A stretch of 64,000 nt of DNA from the NCBI GenBank assembly GCA_963792825.1, contig CAWBXS010000001.1, positions 47,436 to 111,435 on the forward strand. The letters are read 5' to 3'. Numbering within the stretch: the stretch's first letter is position 1; every line of letters starts with the position of its first letter. The position numbers and the translations under genes are program-made. The notes under the pieces were generated by a model, which did not search any database, had not been told where the DNA came from, and saw only the letters and a program-made list of their open reading frames with translations. The stretch is from an uncultured delta proteobacterium. GTDB lineage: Bacteria; Myxococcota_A; Polyangia; Polyangiales; Houyiibacteriaceae. Shown one piece after another: positions 29,214-39,116 of this stretch.

Positions 29214-29929
29214 GCGAGAATGATGTCGGGCAAGACAAACGAGACAAAGAGGCACTAGAGGTAGCGGTAGCTTGGGAGGCACTTGAGGACGCGTTCGAGA
29301 ACAATGCACCCGAGGTGCACAGTTACCTGCATTTCGATACCGGTGAGGTGATTCGCATCGTCGACGGGGTTGCAGAGCCCGCGATGCACGCACGCATCAT
29401 GAACGACAGCAGGTATCTCCGAATCGATCCGGTTTCGTCGCGTGAGCAGTACAGATGGATGGAGCGCTTCATTGCGACGGTCGAGGACGAGGAGCTGCGG
29501 CGCCGGTTGAACATCGCAATCGATGGCAAGGGGGCGTTCCGGCGTTTCAAGGACGCGCTCGTGAGCCACCCGGTCGACCGGGAGCGTTGGTTTGCATTTC
29601 GCTCGGAACGGCTGCGATCTTGCATGGAGTCGTGGCTGACTGCGCACGGAGTCCGTGCGGTGGAGCGCCCGACCTGGCACGTGCCGACCGCTGAGGAGGT
29701 CCAGCCCGAAGTCCAGATCAAGCGTGAATTGGTTTCGCCGGATCCGAGCCCCGTCGTGCTCGGGGGTGACCCTCGGGCGGGACTGCACGAGCTGGTCGAT
29801 GCCCTCGCCTCGCAAGACACGGAGATCGCCCGTGCTTTTCTCGAGTTCCTCGTCGAGCGGCGTCATCCCCCGAGGGTTCGCCCGAAGTGGGCCGAGGCCG
29901 TGGCCGCTCCGCCCACCGAGACGGAATGA
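29210..29929 (+). CDS. UPF0158 family protein
   Basis: ALEDAFENNAPEVHSYLHFDTGEV, SSREQYRWMERFI, IDGKGAFRRFKDAL and ERWFAFR. Overlaps the glpK stop (ATGA). Confidence 0.85.
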   Translation: MSENDVGQDKRDKEALEVAVAWEALEDAFENNAPEVHSYLHFDTGEVIRIVDGVAEPAMHARIMNDSRYLRIDPVSSREQYRWMERFIATVEDEELRRRLNIAIDGKGAFRRFKDALVSHPVDRERWFAFRSERLRSCMESWLTAHGVRAVERPTWHVPTAEEVQPEVQIKRELVSPDPSPVVLGGDPRAGLHELVDALASQDTEIARAFLEFLVERRHPPRVRPKWAEAVAAPPTETE

Positions 29930-30084
29930 GGACCGGACGTCTGGTTCGGGCGTAGGCGGGGCTGGATCCCACGGCCACTACCTGTAGTGGGGGTCACGCA
30001 CTGACCCTCGCTTCTGGTCGCGTAAGCCGTTGCAATATCGCATGTTCAGTGATAGCCACCTGCAACTACTCCTTTGGGGGCAGC

Positions 30085-33000
30085 GTGAAGATCAAGAAGC
30101 TCCAGATCGTTGGCTTCAAATCCTTCGTCGATCAGACGACGGTCCACTTCGACCACGACATCACTTGTGTCGTTGGGCCGAACGGGTGCGGCAAGTCCAA
30201 CATCGTGGACGCCATCAAGTGGTGCATGGGCGAGCAGTCCCCATCGCGTCTCCGCGGCAAGAACATGGAAGACGTGATCTTCAGTGGGGCCGAGGGCCGG
30301 GGGCCGCATGGCTTTGCCGAGGTCACGCTCACCTTCGACAACACCGACGGGCTCGCCCCGCCTGACTACCGCGACTATGCCGAGATTCAGGTGGCCCGCC
30401 GGCTCGATCGTCAGGGTCACAGCGACTATTTCATCAATCGCACGCCGGTGCGGCTGCTCGACATCACCAACCTCTTTCTCGGGACTGGCGTCGGCAAGCG
30501 CGCGTACTCGATCATCGAGCAGGGACGCATCGGGTACATCGTGACCTCCAAACCGGAGGACCGCCGCGCCATGATCGAAGAGGCTGCCGGCATCAGCAAG
30601 TTCAGGCTGAGCAAGAAAGCGGCCGAGCGTAAGATGGACCAGACCCGTCAGAACCTGCTGCGCGTGACCGACATCATCGGCGAGCTGGAGCGAAGCCTCG
30701 CTTCCCTCAAGCGGCAAGCGCAGAAAGCCGAGCGATACAAGCGGTACAAGAAAGAGATGCGCGACCTCGATCTGTGGGTTGCGTCGCATCGGTTCTTGGA
30801 GCTGCGCGGGCAGGCTGGCTCGGTCTCCACCTCCTTGTCGAATGCCGATGAAGCCGTGCAGGCGAGCCGCCGCAGCTTGGTTGCGAAAGAAGCTTCGGTC
30901 GAGGCGGCGCGCGTTTCGCTACAGCAGTTGAGCGTGGAAGTAGAGCACGGACAGAGCCACGCGTACGAGCTCGACAACGCGGTTCGACGGCTCGAGGGTT
31001 TGATCCGCCAGCAGCAAGACCGACAGGCAGCGTTGATCGAACGCAAAGAGCTCGCGACCCGCGAAATTCGTCAGCTCGAAGAGGAGCGCGGCCGGTTGGA
31101 CCAAGAGGCGTCGACCGTGCGTCTGTCGCTTCGCGACCTCGAGGCGCTCGAGAACGAAGCGGGGGCGCTTCTCCGAGAGGTCGAGGCAGAGCTCTCAACC
31201 CGCAAAAACCACGCCGAAGACGCCGAAACCACACTCGCGTCCGCACGAAGCCGTCTGGCCGAGGGGCGCGCCCGGATCGCCGGAGCCGAAGCGGTCCTCG
31301 CGGGATACGACGCGCGGCGCCAAGAGGTTCGAGCGCGCATGGAGCGATTGCGGGAAGAGCTGCAATCGCTTTCGACACGAGAGGTGGAGCTCTCACAGCA
31401 GCGTGGCGAGCTCGCGGCGCGCATGCTCGGGTTGCGGAGCGGGAAGATAGAAACGGCCGAACGTCGCATCGAGATCGAGACCTCGCTTGCTTCTGGCAAG
31501 GATGCGCTCCAGCAGATGGACACCGAAGTCGATGCACTGAGGGAGAACTTGGCGGTTACGAGCTCGCGGCTGCGCTCCCTCGACGAGATCCACCAACGCT
31601 TCGAAGGCGTGGGTGCCGGTGCGCAAGCGGTCATGAGCGGTTATGTCGGAACTTCGGGAGATCCGAGCCGTGTGGGTTTGGTCGGTCTGGTCGCCGATCG
31701 CGTGGAATGTGCAGCGGAGCACACCCGTGCCTTGGGAGCAGCCCTAGGTGGCGCGCTCGAGTACCTACTCGTCGTCGATACCGACGCAGCGTTGCGCGCC
31801 GCCGATTACCTCGCACGTGAAGAGAAAGGTCGGGCGACTTTCCTTCCGCGGGCGCCGGGGGGTCCGCCTAGAATAGTGCCGCCGTTCCCCTCGGGGCACG
31901 GCATCGTCGGGCCATTGTCGACCCTCGTGCAGCATTCGCACGGCGACGAGGCGTGGGTGCGCTATCTGTTGTTCGACGTCTTGGTGGTCGATACGCTCGA
32001 ATCGGCGGCTCGCCTGCACCGCGAGGGCTTCCAAGGGAGGCTCGTCACTCTGGATGGTCAAGCCTTGTTTCCAGACGGCGCCGTCGTGGGTGGCGCCACG
32101 GACGAGTCGGCAGCGCACCTCCTCCGGCTGAAGCGCGAGATTCGCGAGCTGCAAGAGACCGCTGCGTTGCAACGCGCCGAGCTCGAGCACGCAACGGGCG
32201 AGCAAGGCCGGCTTCGAACTGCGATCGCCGCTCAGCAGGCCGCCATCGATTCCGCGCGCGTGCAGGCCCATGATGCCGAGCTCGAAAACCTGGGCGCCGA
32301 ACGGGACCTTCGGGTCGTCGAGATGGAGCTCGAGCGAGTCGAGGATCGCCGCAGGGAGATCGCCGCCGCCGAAACCGAAGCGCGCGCGGCCTTGTCGCAG
32401 GTCGAGCTCGACGAGAGCCAGACCCGGCGCGAGCTCGCCGATGCGCGACGCGAAGTCGGCGAGGCTGAGGAAGCCGTGCGCGTCGGCGAAAGCGTGTTGG
32501 CCGAGCGGCGCCGCGTCGTCGAGGAGCAAACCGCAAAGGCGACCGAAGTGATGGTGAACGCGACTCGAACCCGCGAGCGCGCCGACCGCGAGCGGTCGGT
32601 CCTCGGGCAGCTCGACCGCTCCCTCTCCGAGCTCCAAGCGCGCGAGGAGCGCTTGCGCGACGACGTGGGCGTCGCGGATCGCGACCGGGGTCAAGCGATG
32701 GGCCGCATCCTGTTGCACCAGGGGCGCCTCAGCGAGACTGCCCACGACGCCGCGATGGCTCGAGAAGAGCTTTCCAAGCAGCGCGCGCGTTTCGACGAAG
32801 CACAGACCCGTCTCGGTGAGTCGGAAGCCTCACTCAAGGAGCTTCGCTCGACCATCGATGAGCAGTCCGCAGAGCTCAACGCGCTCACGATTCGGGAGCG
32901 CGAGCTGACGATGTCGTTGGAGCACCTCGAAGAACAGGTCCTCGACAAACATCGCATCGAGCTCGCCTACGTCATCGGCGACCACCATGCCAGGCCGATG

Positions 33001-33690
33001 CCCGACGCAGAGGTTACCGCGCGCGCCGAAGAGCTTCAGGGCCTCATCGACCGCATGGGCGAGATCAACCTCACCGCCATCGAGGAGTACGAAGAGAACG
33101 CGGAGCGCTACGACTACCTCACCCGTCAGCGTGGCGATCTCGAGGAGGCTCTCACGAAGCTCGACAAGGCGATCCGTCAGATGAACCGCGAGAGCAGGGT
33201 ACTCTTCCGGGAGTCGTTCGCTGCGATCAACGAGCGCTTCAAGAGGATTTTCCCGCTGCTCTTTCGGGGGGGCAAGGCCGAGCTTCGGCTGATGGATCCG
33301 CACGACATGCTCGAAACCGGGGTCGAGATCATCGCTCAACCTCCGGGCAAGCGCCTTGGTTCCCTCGAGCTGATGAGTGGCGGCGAGAAGGCGCTCACCG
33401 CGGTGGCGCTGATCTTCGCGATCTTCCAGTACAAGCCGAGCCCGTTCTGTCTGCTCGACGAGGTGGATGCTCCACTCGACGAGGCCAACATCGGCAGGTT
33501 CGCCGAAATCATCCAGCAGATGACTGATCGCTCTCAGTTCATCATCATCACGCACTCCAAACGCACGATGGAGTACGCAGACGTGCTTTACGGCGTGACC
33601 ATGGAGCAACCTGGAGTCTCGAAGCTGGTCTCCGTCGAGCTCCGCGGTGAAAAGCGCCCCGTCTCCGCCGCGGTCGAAGCCGCCGAATGA
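30085..33690 (+). CDS. smc: Chromosome segregation protein SMC
   Basis: GTG start KIKKLQIVGFKSF, Walker A GPNGCGKSN, YSIIEQG, long coiled coils with a central hinge, signature MSGGEKALT, and Walker B LLDEVDAPLD. Confidence 0.97.
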   Translation: MKIKKLQIVGFKSFVDQTTVHFDHDITCVVGPNGCGKSNIVDAIKWCMGEQSPSRLRGKNMEDVIFSGAEGRGPHGFAEVTLTFDNTDGLAPPDYRDYAEIQVARRLDRQGHSDYFINRTPVRLLDITNLFLGTGVGKRAYSIIEQGRIGYIVTSKPEDRRAMIEEAAGISKFRLSKKAAERKMDQTRQNLLRVTDIIGELERSLASLKRQAQKAERYKRYKKEMRDLDLWVASHRFLELRGQAGSVSTSLSNADEAVQASRRSLVAKEASVEAARVSLQQLSVEVEHGQSHAYELDNAVRRLEGLIRQQQDRQAALIERKELATREIRQLEEERGRLDQEASTVRLSLRDLEALENEAGALLREVEAELSTRKNHAEDAETTLASARSRLAEGRARIAGAEAVLAGYDARRQEVRARMERLREELQSLSTREVELSQQRGELAARMLGLRSGKIETAERRIEIETSLASGKDALQQMDTEVDALRENLAVTSSRLRSLDEIHQRFEGVGAGAQAVMSGYVGTSGDPSRVGLVGLVADRVECAAEHTRALGAALGGALEYLLVVDTDAALRAADYLAREEKGRATFLPRAPGGPPRIVPPFPSGHGIVGPLSTLVQHSHGDEAWVRYLLFDVLVVDTLESAARLHREGFQGRLVTLDGQALFPDGAVVGGATDESAAHLLRLKREIRELQETAALQRAELEHATGEQGRLRTAIAAQQAAIDSARVQAHDAELENLGAERDLRVVEMELERVEDRRREIAAAETEARAALSQVELDESQTRRELADARREVGEAEEAVRVGESVLAERRRVVEEQTAKATEVMVNATRTRERADRERSVLGQLDRSLSELQAREERLRDDVGVADRDRGQAMGRILLHQGRLSETAHDAAMAREELSKQRARFDEAQTRLGESEASLKELRSTIDEQSAELNALTIRERELTMSLEHLEEQVLDKHRIELAYVIGDHHARPMPDAEVTARAEELQGLIDRMGEINLTAIEEYEENAERYDYLTRQRGDLEEALTKLDKAIRQMNRESRVLFRESFAAINERFKRIFPLLFRGGKAELRLMDPHDMLETGVEIIAQPPGKRLGSLELMSGGEKALTAVALIFAIFQYKPSPFCLLDEVDAPLDEANIGRFAEIIQQMTDRSQFIIITHSKRTMEYADVLYGVTMEQPGVSKLVSVELRGEKRPVSAAVEAAE

Positions 33691-33698
33691 GCGACGCT

Positions 33699-36002
33699 CT
33701 AGGCGTCTAGCGGGGGGGGCTCGCCGACGATCGAATCGAGCGCCCTAGCGTGTGATTCCGCCAGCTCTTCCACCGGGACGTCGCAGACGCCCTCGATCGA
33801 GAGGGTGTCCCCGCCAACCCTTCCAATTCGCTCGAAGGGCACACCATACCGCTTGCAGACGTCACCCGCTGATCCGACGTTTGCTGCGGAGAGGCTGACG
33901 ATGATGCGCGACGGCTCTTCGCTGAAGAGTAGAGCGTGCGCGGGGGCATCCTCGCTCGAGGGCAGGGTTACCTGGGCTCCATGCCCATTGGCGATGCACG
34001 CTTCGGCGACGCACACCGCGAACCCGCCATCACTCACGTCGTGGGCACTGTGGAGCAACCTGCTGCGCGCGAGCTCGAGCATGGCATGCTGAAGCGCCGC
34101 TTCGGCCTCCAGATCGATCCCGACGGGTGCGCCAGTCACGAAACCGGTGTGCTGAACGAGCCACTCCGAACCGCCGAGCACTCCGCGAGATGCGCGCCCG
34201 AGGTGGACGACGACATCGCCTTCTCGGACGAACCCGAGCCCCAGACGATGCTCGGGGTCTGCGAGCTGTCCGACGACGGCCACGGTCGGCGTGGGGAGTA
34301 TCGCCTTGCCATCCGTCTCGTTGTATAGGCTCACGTTTCCGGACACGACCGGAGTGCCCAAGGCCTTGCATGCGGCGGCCAACCCGTCGATTGCCTGAGC
34401 GAACCGCCACATTTGCTCGGGTACCTCGGGATTGCCGAAGTTGAGGCAATCGGTGAGCCCAAGTGGCTTGGCGCCGACGCAGACGACGTTCCGTGTGCAC
34501 TCGGCAACCGCCATTGCGGCGCCGCCAAACGGGTCGAGCTCGACGTGGCGACCGTTGCAGTCCGCCGAAATCGCGAGAAACTTCTCTCGCGTTCCGGTGT
34601 CGTCCTCACAGAACACGCGAATGACCGCGGCATCGCCCTCGCCCGGACGAACCACGGTGCCGTCTCGCACGATGTGGTCGTATTGGCGCCAGATCCAAGA
34701 GCGGCTTCCGATGTTCGGAGACCCGAGCAAGCGGACGAGCTCGGCGCCCAGGTCGTCTGGCGCGTCGGCCGTCATCGGGACCAACGATGCCCGGTCGGGA
34801 CGCTCCTCCTGTGGCCGGTCGTATTTGGGAGCTGCGGTGGTGAGCAAATCGACCGGCAGGTCCACCACGATCACGGGGTCGGGTCGCCCCGTGCCGTCGA
34901 AGGGATCGTACCCGGGGGTGGCCCTGCAGACGAAACGCCCCGTGTCGGTTACGCGGCCGACGATCGATGCATCCAGGTCCCACTTCGCGCAGAGCTCGAA
35001 GACCTCGTGCTCGCGTCCCTTCTTCGCGACCATCAGCATGCGTTCCTGCGACTCGCTCAGGAGCATTTCGTAGGGGCTCAGCGACTTGGTGCGGCGAGGA
35101 ATGGCGTCCAGGTCGAGCTCGATCCCGTTACCGGCGCGTTCGGCCATCTCCACCGATGATGAGGTGAGGCCCGCCGCGCCCATGTCTTGCACGCCCGACA
35201 GGCAACCGGTCGCGAAGATTTCGAGGCAAGCCTCGAGCAGCAGCTTCTCCATGAAGGGATCGCCGACCTGCACCGTGGGAAGCTTGCTGTCCGTTTCCTC
35301 TCCGAACTCGGCGCTCGCCATCGTGGCTCCGTGAATTCCATCGCGTCCCGTCTTGGCGCCAACGTAGATGATCGGGTTGCCGACGCCCTCGGCGACTCCG
35401 AAGAACAGCTCCTCGGTCTTGGCGATGCCCACCGTAAACGCGTTGACCAAGATGTTTCCGTCGTAGCTCGCGTCGAACTGAACCTCGCCACCGACGGTCG
35501 GGACGCCGATGCAGTTGCCATAGCCTCCGATACCCGCGACCACGCCCTTGAGAAGATGAGGGGTCTTGGGATGCTCCGGCCGCCCGAATCGAAGCGAGTT
35601 CAGGGATGCAACGGGCCGCGCACCCATGGTGAACACGTCGCGGAGGATGCCGCCAACACCCGTTGCCGCCCCCTGGTACGGCTCGATGTACGAGGGGTGG
35701 TTGTGGGACTCCATCTTGAACACCGCGCAGAAGCCGTCGCCGATGTCCACCGCACCTGCGTTTTCTCCGGGCCCCTGCACGACTTGCGGACCGGTCGTAG
35801 GAAGTCGCCCGAGGTGTATTCGCGAGGACTTGTAGGAGCAGTGCTCCGACCACATCACGCTGATGACGCCGAGCTCCGCGTAGCTCGGTGTCCTGCAGAG
35901 CGTGCTCAAAACGCGCTCCCATTCATGGTCCGCCAGTCCGACCTCGCGGGCGATTTCGCGCGAGCTGTCGGGCTCTCCGGGGAAGTTGACCGGTGCGCTC
36001 AT
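33699..36002 (-). CDS. purL: Phosphoribosylformylglycinamidine synthase subunit PurL (small type)
   Basis: [54 protein letters not shown] and SGNVSLYNE. Confidence 0.97.
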   Translation of the reverse strand: MSAPVNFPGEPDSSREIAREVGLADHEWERVLSTLCRTPSYAELGVISVMWSEHCSYKSSRIHLGRLPTTGPQVVQGPGENAGAVDIGDGFCAVFKMESHNHPSYIEPYQGAATGVGGILRDVFTMGARPVASLNSLRFGRPEHPKTPHLLKGVVAGIGGYGNCIGVPTVGGEVQFDASYDGNILVNAFTVGIAKTEELFFGVAEGVGNPIIYVGAKTGRDGIHGATMASAEFGEETDSKLPTVQVGDPFMEKLLLEACLEIFATGCLSGVQDMGAAGLTSSSVEMAERAGNGIELDLDAIPRRTKSLSPYEMLLSESQERMLMVAKKGREHEVFELCAKWDLDASIVGRVTDTGRFVCRATPGYDPFDGTGRPDPVIVVDLPVDLLTTAAPKYDRPQEERPDRASLVPMTADAPDDLGAELVRLLGSPNIGSRSWIWRQYDHIVRDGTVVRPGEGDAAVIRVFCEDDTGTREKFLAISADCNGRHVELDPFGGAAMAVAECTRNVVCVGAKPLGLTDCLNFGNPEVPEQMWRFAQAIDGLAAACKALGTPVVSGNVSLYNETDGKAILPTPTVAVVGQLADPEHRLGLGFVREGDVVVHLGRASRGVLGGSEWLVQHTGFVTGAPVGIDLEAEAALQHAMLELARSRLLHSAHDVSDGGFAVCVAEACIANGHGAQVTLPSSEDAPAHALLFSEEPSRIIVSLSAANVGSAGDVCKRYGVPFERIGRVGGDTLSIEGVCDVPVEELAESHARALDSIVGEPPPLDA

Positions 36003-36694
36003 TGGAACCCCAAGTGACGTCGCAGCGATGTAAACAGAGCGAGCCCATCGTCGTTGCCGAGAATCGCTTCGCTCGCCCGTTCCGGATGCGGCATCATCCC
36101 GAGAACGTTCTTCTCTCGATTGTACAAGCCGGCGATGTCAGAGATCGAGCCGTTGGGGTTGGCCTCGGTACCATTCGCGGGATCGCCCTTGGGCGTGGTG
36201 TAGCGAAACGCGATCTGATGGTTGCGCTCCAACTCCCGCAGCCCGTCCGCGGTCGTGTGATAGCGGCCATCCGCATGCGCGATCGGCAGGCGGAGCACCG
36301 TGCCTTTGCCCATGTCGGTGAACGGGCCTTCGTTCTCGACGCGTAAGTAAATGTCCCGGCATTCGAATCGTAGGTGGGCATTTCGAGTCAGCGCCCCGGG
36401 TAGAAGGCCCATCTCCGTCAGGATCTGAAAACCGTTGCAGATTCCGAGCACCGGACCGCCGCGGGCGGCAAATTCGCGGATCGAGCGAACGATCGGGCTG
36501 AATCCCGCGATCGCGCCCGCCCGCAAGTAGTCGCCATACGAAAAACCGCCCGGAATGACGACGGCGTCGGCATCGCCGAGACTGGTTTCTTTGTGAAACG
36601 AGTACCAGGCATCGGCGCCCAAGACATCGCGCACGGCATGCAAAGCATCCCAGTCGGCGTTGGAGCCTGGAAATTGTACGACAGCGACTCTCAT
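35999..36694 (-). CDS. purQ: Phosphoribosylformylglycinamidine synthase subunit PurQ
   Basis: Start [12 protein letters not shown] at 36694; [27 protein letters not shown] and GMMPHPER. Confidence 0.96.
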   Translation of the reverse strand: MRVAVVQFPGSNADWDALHAVRDVLGADAWYSFHKETSLGDADAVVIPGGFSYGDYLRAGAIAGFSPIVRSIREFAARGGPVLGICNGFQILTEMGLLPGALTRNAHLRFECRDIYLRVENEGPFTDMGKGTVLRLPIAHADGRYHTTADGLRELERNHQIAFRYTTPKGDPANGTEANPNGSISDIAGLYNREKNVLGMMPHPERASEAILGNDDGLALFTSLRRHLGFQ

Positions 36695-36749
36695 CGGGCG
36701 GTTCCGGCGCGCGGAGCATAGAACGGACCGGGATTCAGGCAACGCGCCA

Positions 36750-37376
36750 CTACCGAATCAACTCGAAGTAGCTGTGGGCGAGGTCGCGTTCGAGGCCGTC
36801 TACTGGGGTGACACGGAAGACGATCGTGCCCCGGCACGTCGATGCATCGACGACGCCATAGGCGCGGCTGTCCTGTCCCATGTAGGCTCGGAAATCGCCG
36901 AGCAGGTAGAGCTTGCCCGCCTCGACTTCGGTCCGTTGGACGCGGTGCCGGCCCCCCTCCTCCTCGAAGATGAGGTGTGGCTCGACTCCGAAGTGCTCGA
37001 TGCCCCAAACCACCGAGGTCGTGAGGTCGTTATCCGCGTTGTGGAAGACGGTCTCGCCTCGCTTGTCGAAGATGACGGACTCGTCATCGATGCGCAGGTC
37101 GTTACCAAAGGAGTCTATCGTCATTCCTGCCGTTGCCGCGACCCGGCCGACGACCCAGCCTTCCTCGGTCGGGTGCTGACAGACCGCGATGGACCCGAGC
37201 TCCGGGGTGGCCTTCTTGTTGATGAGCACCCGCTCCCCGCGCAGAAGCGTCGGCGCCATGCCGTTGTGTCCGACTTCCGCCATGTCGAACAGCAGCACCT
37301 TGAGCACCAAGGCGATCACGATGAGGAGGGCGCCTACCCATGAGAGGCATCCGAGCCCGCTTCGGAGCGTTCCCAC
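36750..37376 (-). CDS. Signal peptidase I (S26) homologue lacking the catalytic Ser and Lys
   Basis: One N-terminal TM helix. Box B GHNGMAPTLLRGERV, box C LGSIAV, box D WVVGRVAA, box E LYLLGDFR...DSRAYG. Start approximate (GTG at 37376 or 37391). Confidence 0.8.
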   Translation of the reverse strand: MGTLRSGLGCLSWVGALLIVIALVLKVLLFDMAEVGHNGMAPTLLRGERVLINKKATPELGSIAVCQHPTEEGWVVGRVAATAGMTIDSFGNDLRIDDESVIFDKRGETVFHNADNDLTTSVVWGIEHFGVEPHLIFEEEGGRHRVQRTEVEAGKLYLLGDFRAYMGQDSRAYGVVDASTCRGTIVFRVTPVDGLERDLAHSYFELIR

Positions 37377-37383
37377 ATCTTGC

Positions 37384-38022
37384 CTATCCACCTTTTGCGA
37401 GGGCCTTGTCAAGCGCACGCGAGAATCGCTGAAGGACTTCGGCGGGCTGGCTTGCTTCGTAGATCGCACGGCAAATCGCAACGCCGACGGCACCTGCAGT
37501 GATCAGTCCGCACAAGTGCTCCGGTCCGATCCCTCCGAGCGCGTATGTCGGAATCCCGACATGGGCGATCGCGCGGCCAAATCCCTCGATGCCGATCGGC
37601 GAAGCCTTACCCGGTACTTCGAAGATCGGGCTCAGAAACGCATAGCTGGCCTCGTCCTTCGCGGCCTCCCGGAGGCCCTGCCGATCGTGCCTCGAGACGC
37701 CGATCATCGCGAGCTTCGGCCACTGGCGACGGACCTCCGGGGAGGGCAGACCTCGCTCCGGCAGGTGCGCGCCGTCTGCGCCGACGATTTCTGCGAGGTC
37801 GACCCGTCGGTTGACGGTCAGCTCGCAACCGGCGGCGCGGGTCAACGAGCGAAGCGCCCGTCCCCATTCCACGAGCTGACGATCCGATGCGCCCTTCGCC
37901 CTGAGCTGCACCCCGACCAGACCGGGAGAGCAGCCCTCGAGCGCACGACGAATGGGAGTCACCGGACCATCGGGGTGTCCTGGATCGGTGATGATCCAGA
38001 TCCGTGGCAGTCCGCCGGTCAT
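37384..38022 (-). CDS. ThiE/TenI family protein (looks more like thiazole tautomerase TenI)
   Basis: VQLRAK, VNRRVDLA, ADGAHLP, GVSRH, LSPIF and YALGGI. Follows thiS-thiG. Confidence 0.8.
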   Translation of the reverse strand: MTGGLPRIWIITDPGHPDGPVTPIRRALEGCSPGLVGVQLRAKGASDRQLVEWGRALRSLTRAAGCELTVNRRVDLAEIVGADGAHLPERGLPSPEVRRQWPKLAMIGVSRHDRQGLREAAKDEASYAFLSPIFEVPGKASPIGIEGFGRAIAHVGIPTYALGGIGPEHLCGLITAGAVGVAICRAIYEASQPAEVLQRFSRALDKALAKGG

Positions 38023-38032
38023 CGTGACGTCG

Positions 38033-38830
38033 TCATGACCGGCCGTCTTGGTCGGAGCCGATCACGCCTTGGAGCGGGCTCGAAGCCGTTGCGTAGAGCT
38101 TGCGTTGAATCCTGCCTGCGAGGAACGCGTCGCGGCCGGCCTCGACCGCAGCTTTCATTGCGCGCGCCATTCGCACTGGATCCGCGGCCCCCGCGATGGC
38201 TGTGTTCATCAGAACGCCGTCGATGCCGAGCTCCATCGCGATCGCTGCATCCGAGGCGGTACCGACACCCGCATCGACGATGACGGGCACGTTCGCGTGC
38301 TTGACGATGATCTCGATGTTGAAAGGGTTCCGCACCCCGAGTCCGCTGCCGATCGGCGCGGCAAGAGGCATGACTGCGGCGCAACCTAGATCCTCGAGGC
38401 GCCGAGCGGCGACGGGATCGTCGTTGAAGTAGGGGAGCACGGTGAAGCCGTCTTTCACGAGGCTCTTGGCAGCCTCGAGCGTTGCAGGGACATCGGGGAA
38501 GAGCGTCTTCTCGTCGCCGATGACCTCGAGCTTGATCAGTGGCGTGTCGAGAAGCTCCCTCGCCAACCGAGCGGTCCTCACCGCATCCTGTGCGGTGTAG
38601 CAACCTGCGGTGTTCGGCAGGATCGTGTAGTGACCCTCACGGAGCACCGTCATGATCGAATCAGCCCCGGTGGCCTTGAGATCCACCCGGCGTACCGCGA
38701 CCGTGACGACTTCGCAGCCGGACGCCTGCAGCGCCTTTCGGGCCGTTTCGAGATCCGGGTACTTGCCAGTCCCCGTGAAAAGTCGCGAACGGAACTCGAA
38801 TTCGCCAATCTTCAACACTTCGTCGGACAT
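38033..38830 (-). CDS. thiG: Thiazole synthase
   Basis: [41 protein letters not shown] and [10 protein letters not shown]. Confidence 0.97.
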   Translation of the reverse strand: MSDEVLKIGEFEFRSRLFTGTGKYPDLETARKALQASGCEVVTVAVRRVDLKATGADSIMTVLREGHYTILPNTAGCYTAQDAVRTARLARELLDTPLIKLEVIGDEKTLFPDVPATLEAAKSLVKDGFTVLPYFNDDPVAARRLEDLGCAAVMPLAAPIGSGLGVRNPFNIEIIVKHANVPVIVDAGVGTASDAAIAMELGIDGVLMNTAIAGAADPVRMARAMKAAVEAGRDAFLAGRIQRKLYATASSPLQGVIGSDQDGRS

Positions 38831-39031
38831 CTAACCGCCTCCTACGAAGTGGACGATCTCGACGCGGTCTCCATCGCTGAGCTCGGTGCTCTCATACCGG
38901 GCCCGCGGCACCACTTCTTCATTGCGCTCGACGGCCACCAGCGTGTCTGCGAGGTCGAGCGATGCGAGCAGCTGCTTCACGGTCGTGCGCAACTCGACCT
39001 GCCGTTCTTGACCGTTGACGACCAACTGCAT
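38831..39031 (-). CDS. thiS: Sulfur carrier protein ThiS
   Basis: 66 aa; [26 protein letters not shown] with the C-terminal Gly-Gly. Confidence 0.95.
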   Translation of the reverse strand: MQLVVNGQERQVELRTTVKQLLASLDLADTLVAVERNEEVVPRARYESTELSDGDRVEIVHFVGGG

Positions 39032-39116
39032 CAGACGGAGCGTAGGTCGACCTCACGCATGCCGCAAGCGGTTCGGAAGATGGGCGCGGGGAGTGGCGAA
39101 TGTTAGGCTCGGCCGC

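Noticed and set aside
39032-39116. TPP riboswitch upstream of thiS-thiG
   Set aside because: Only 85 bp, shared with the MTase promoter, and no CUGAGA or AUACCUG-type core is visible.
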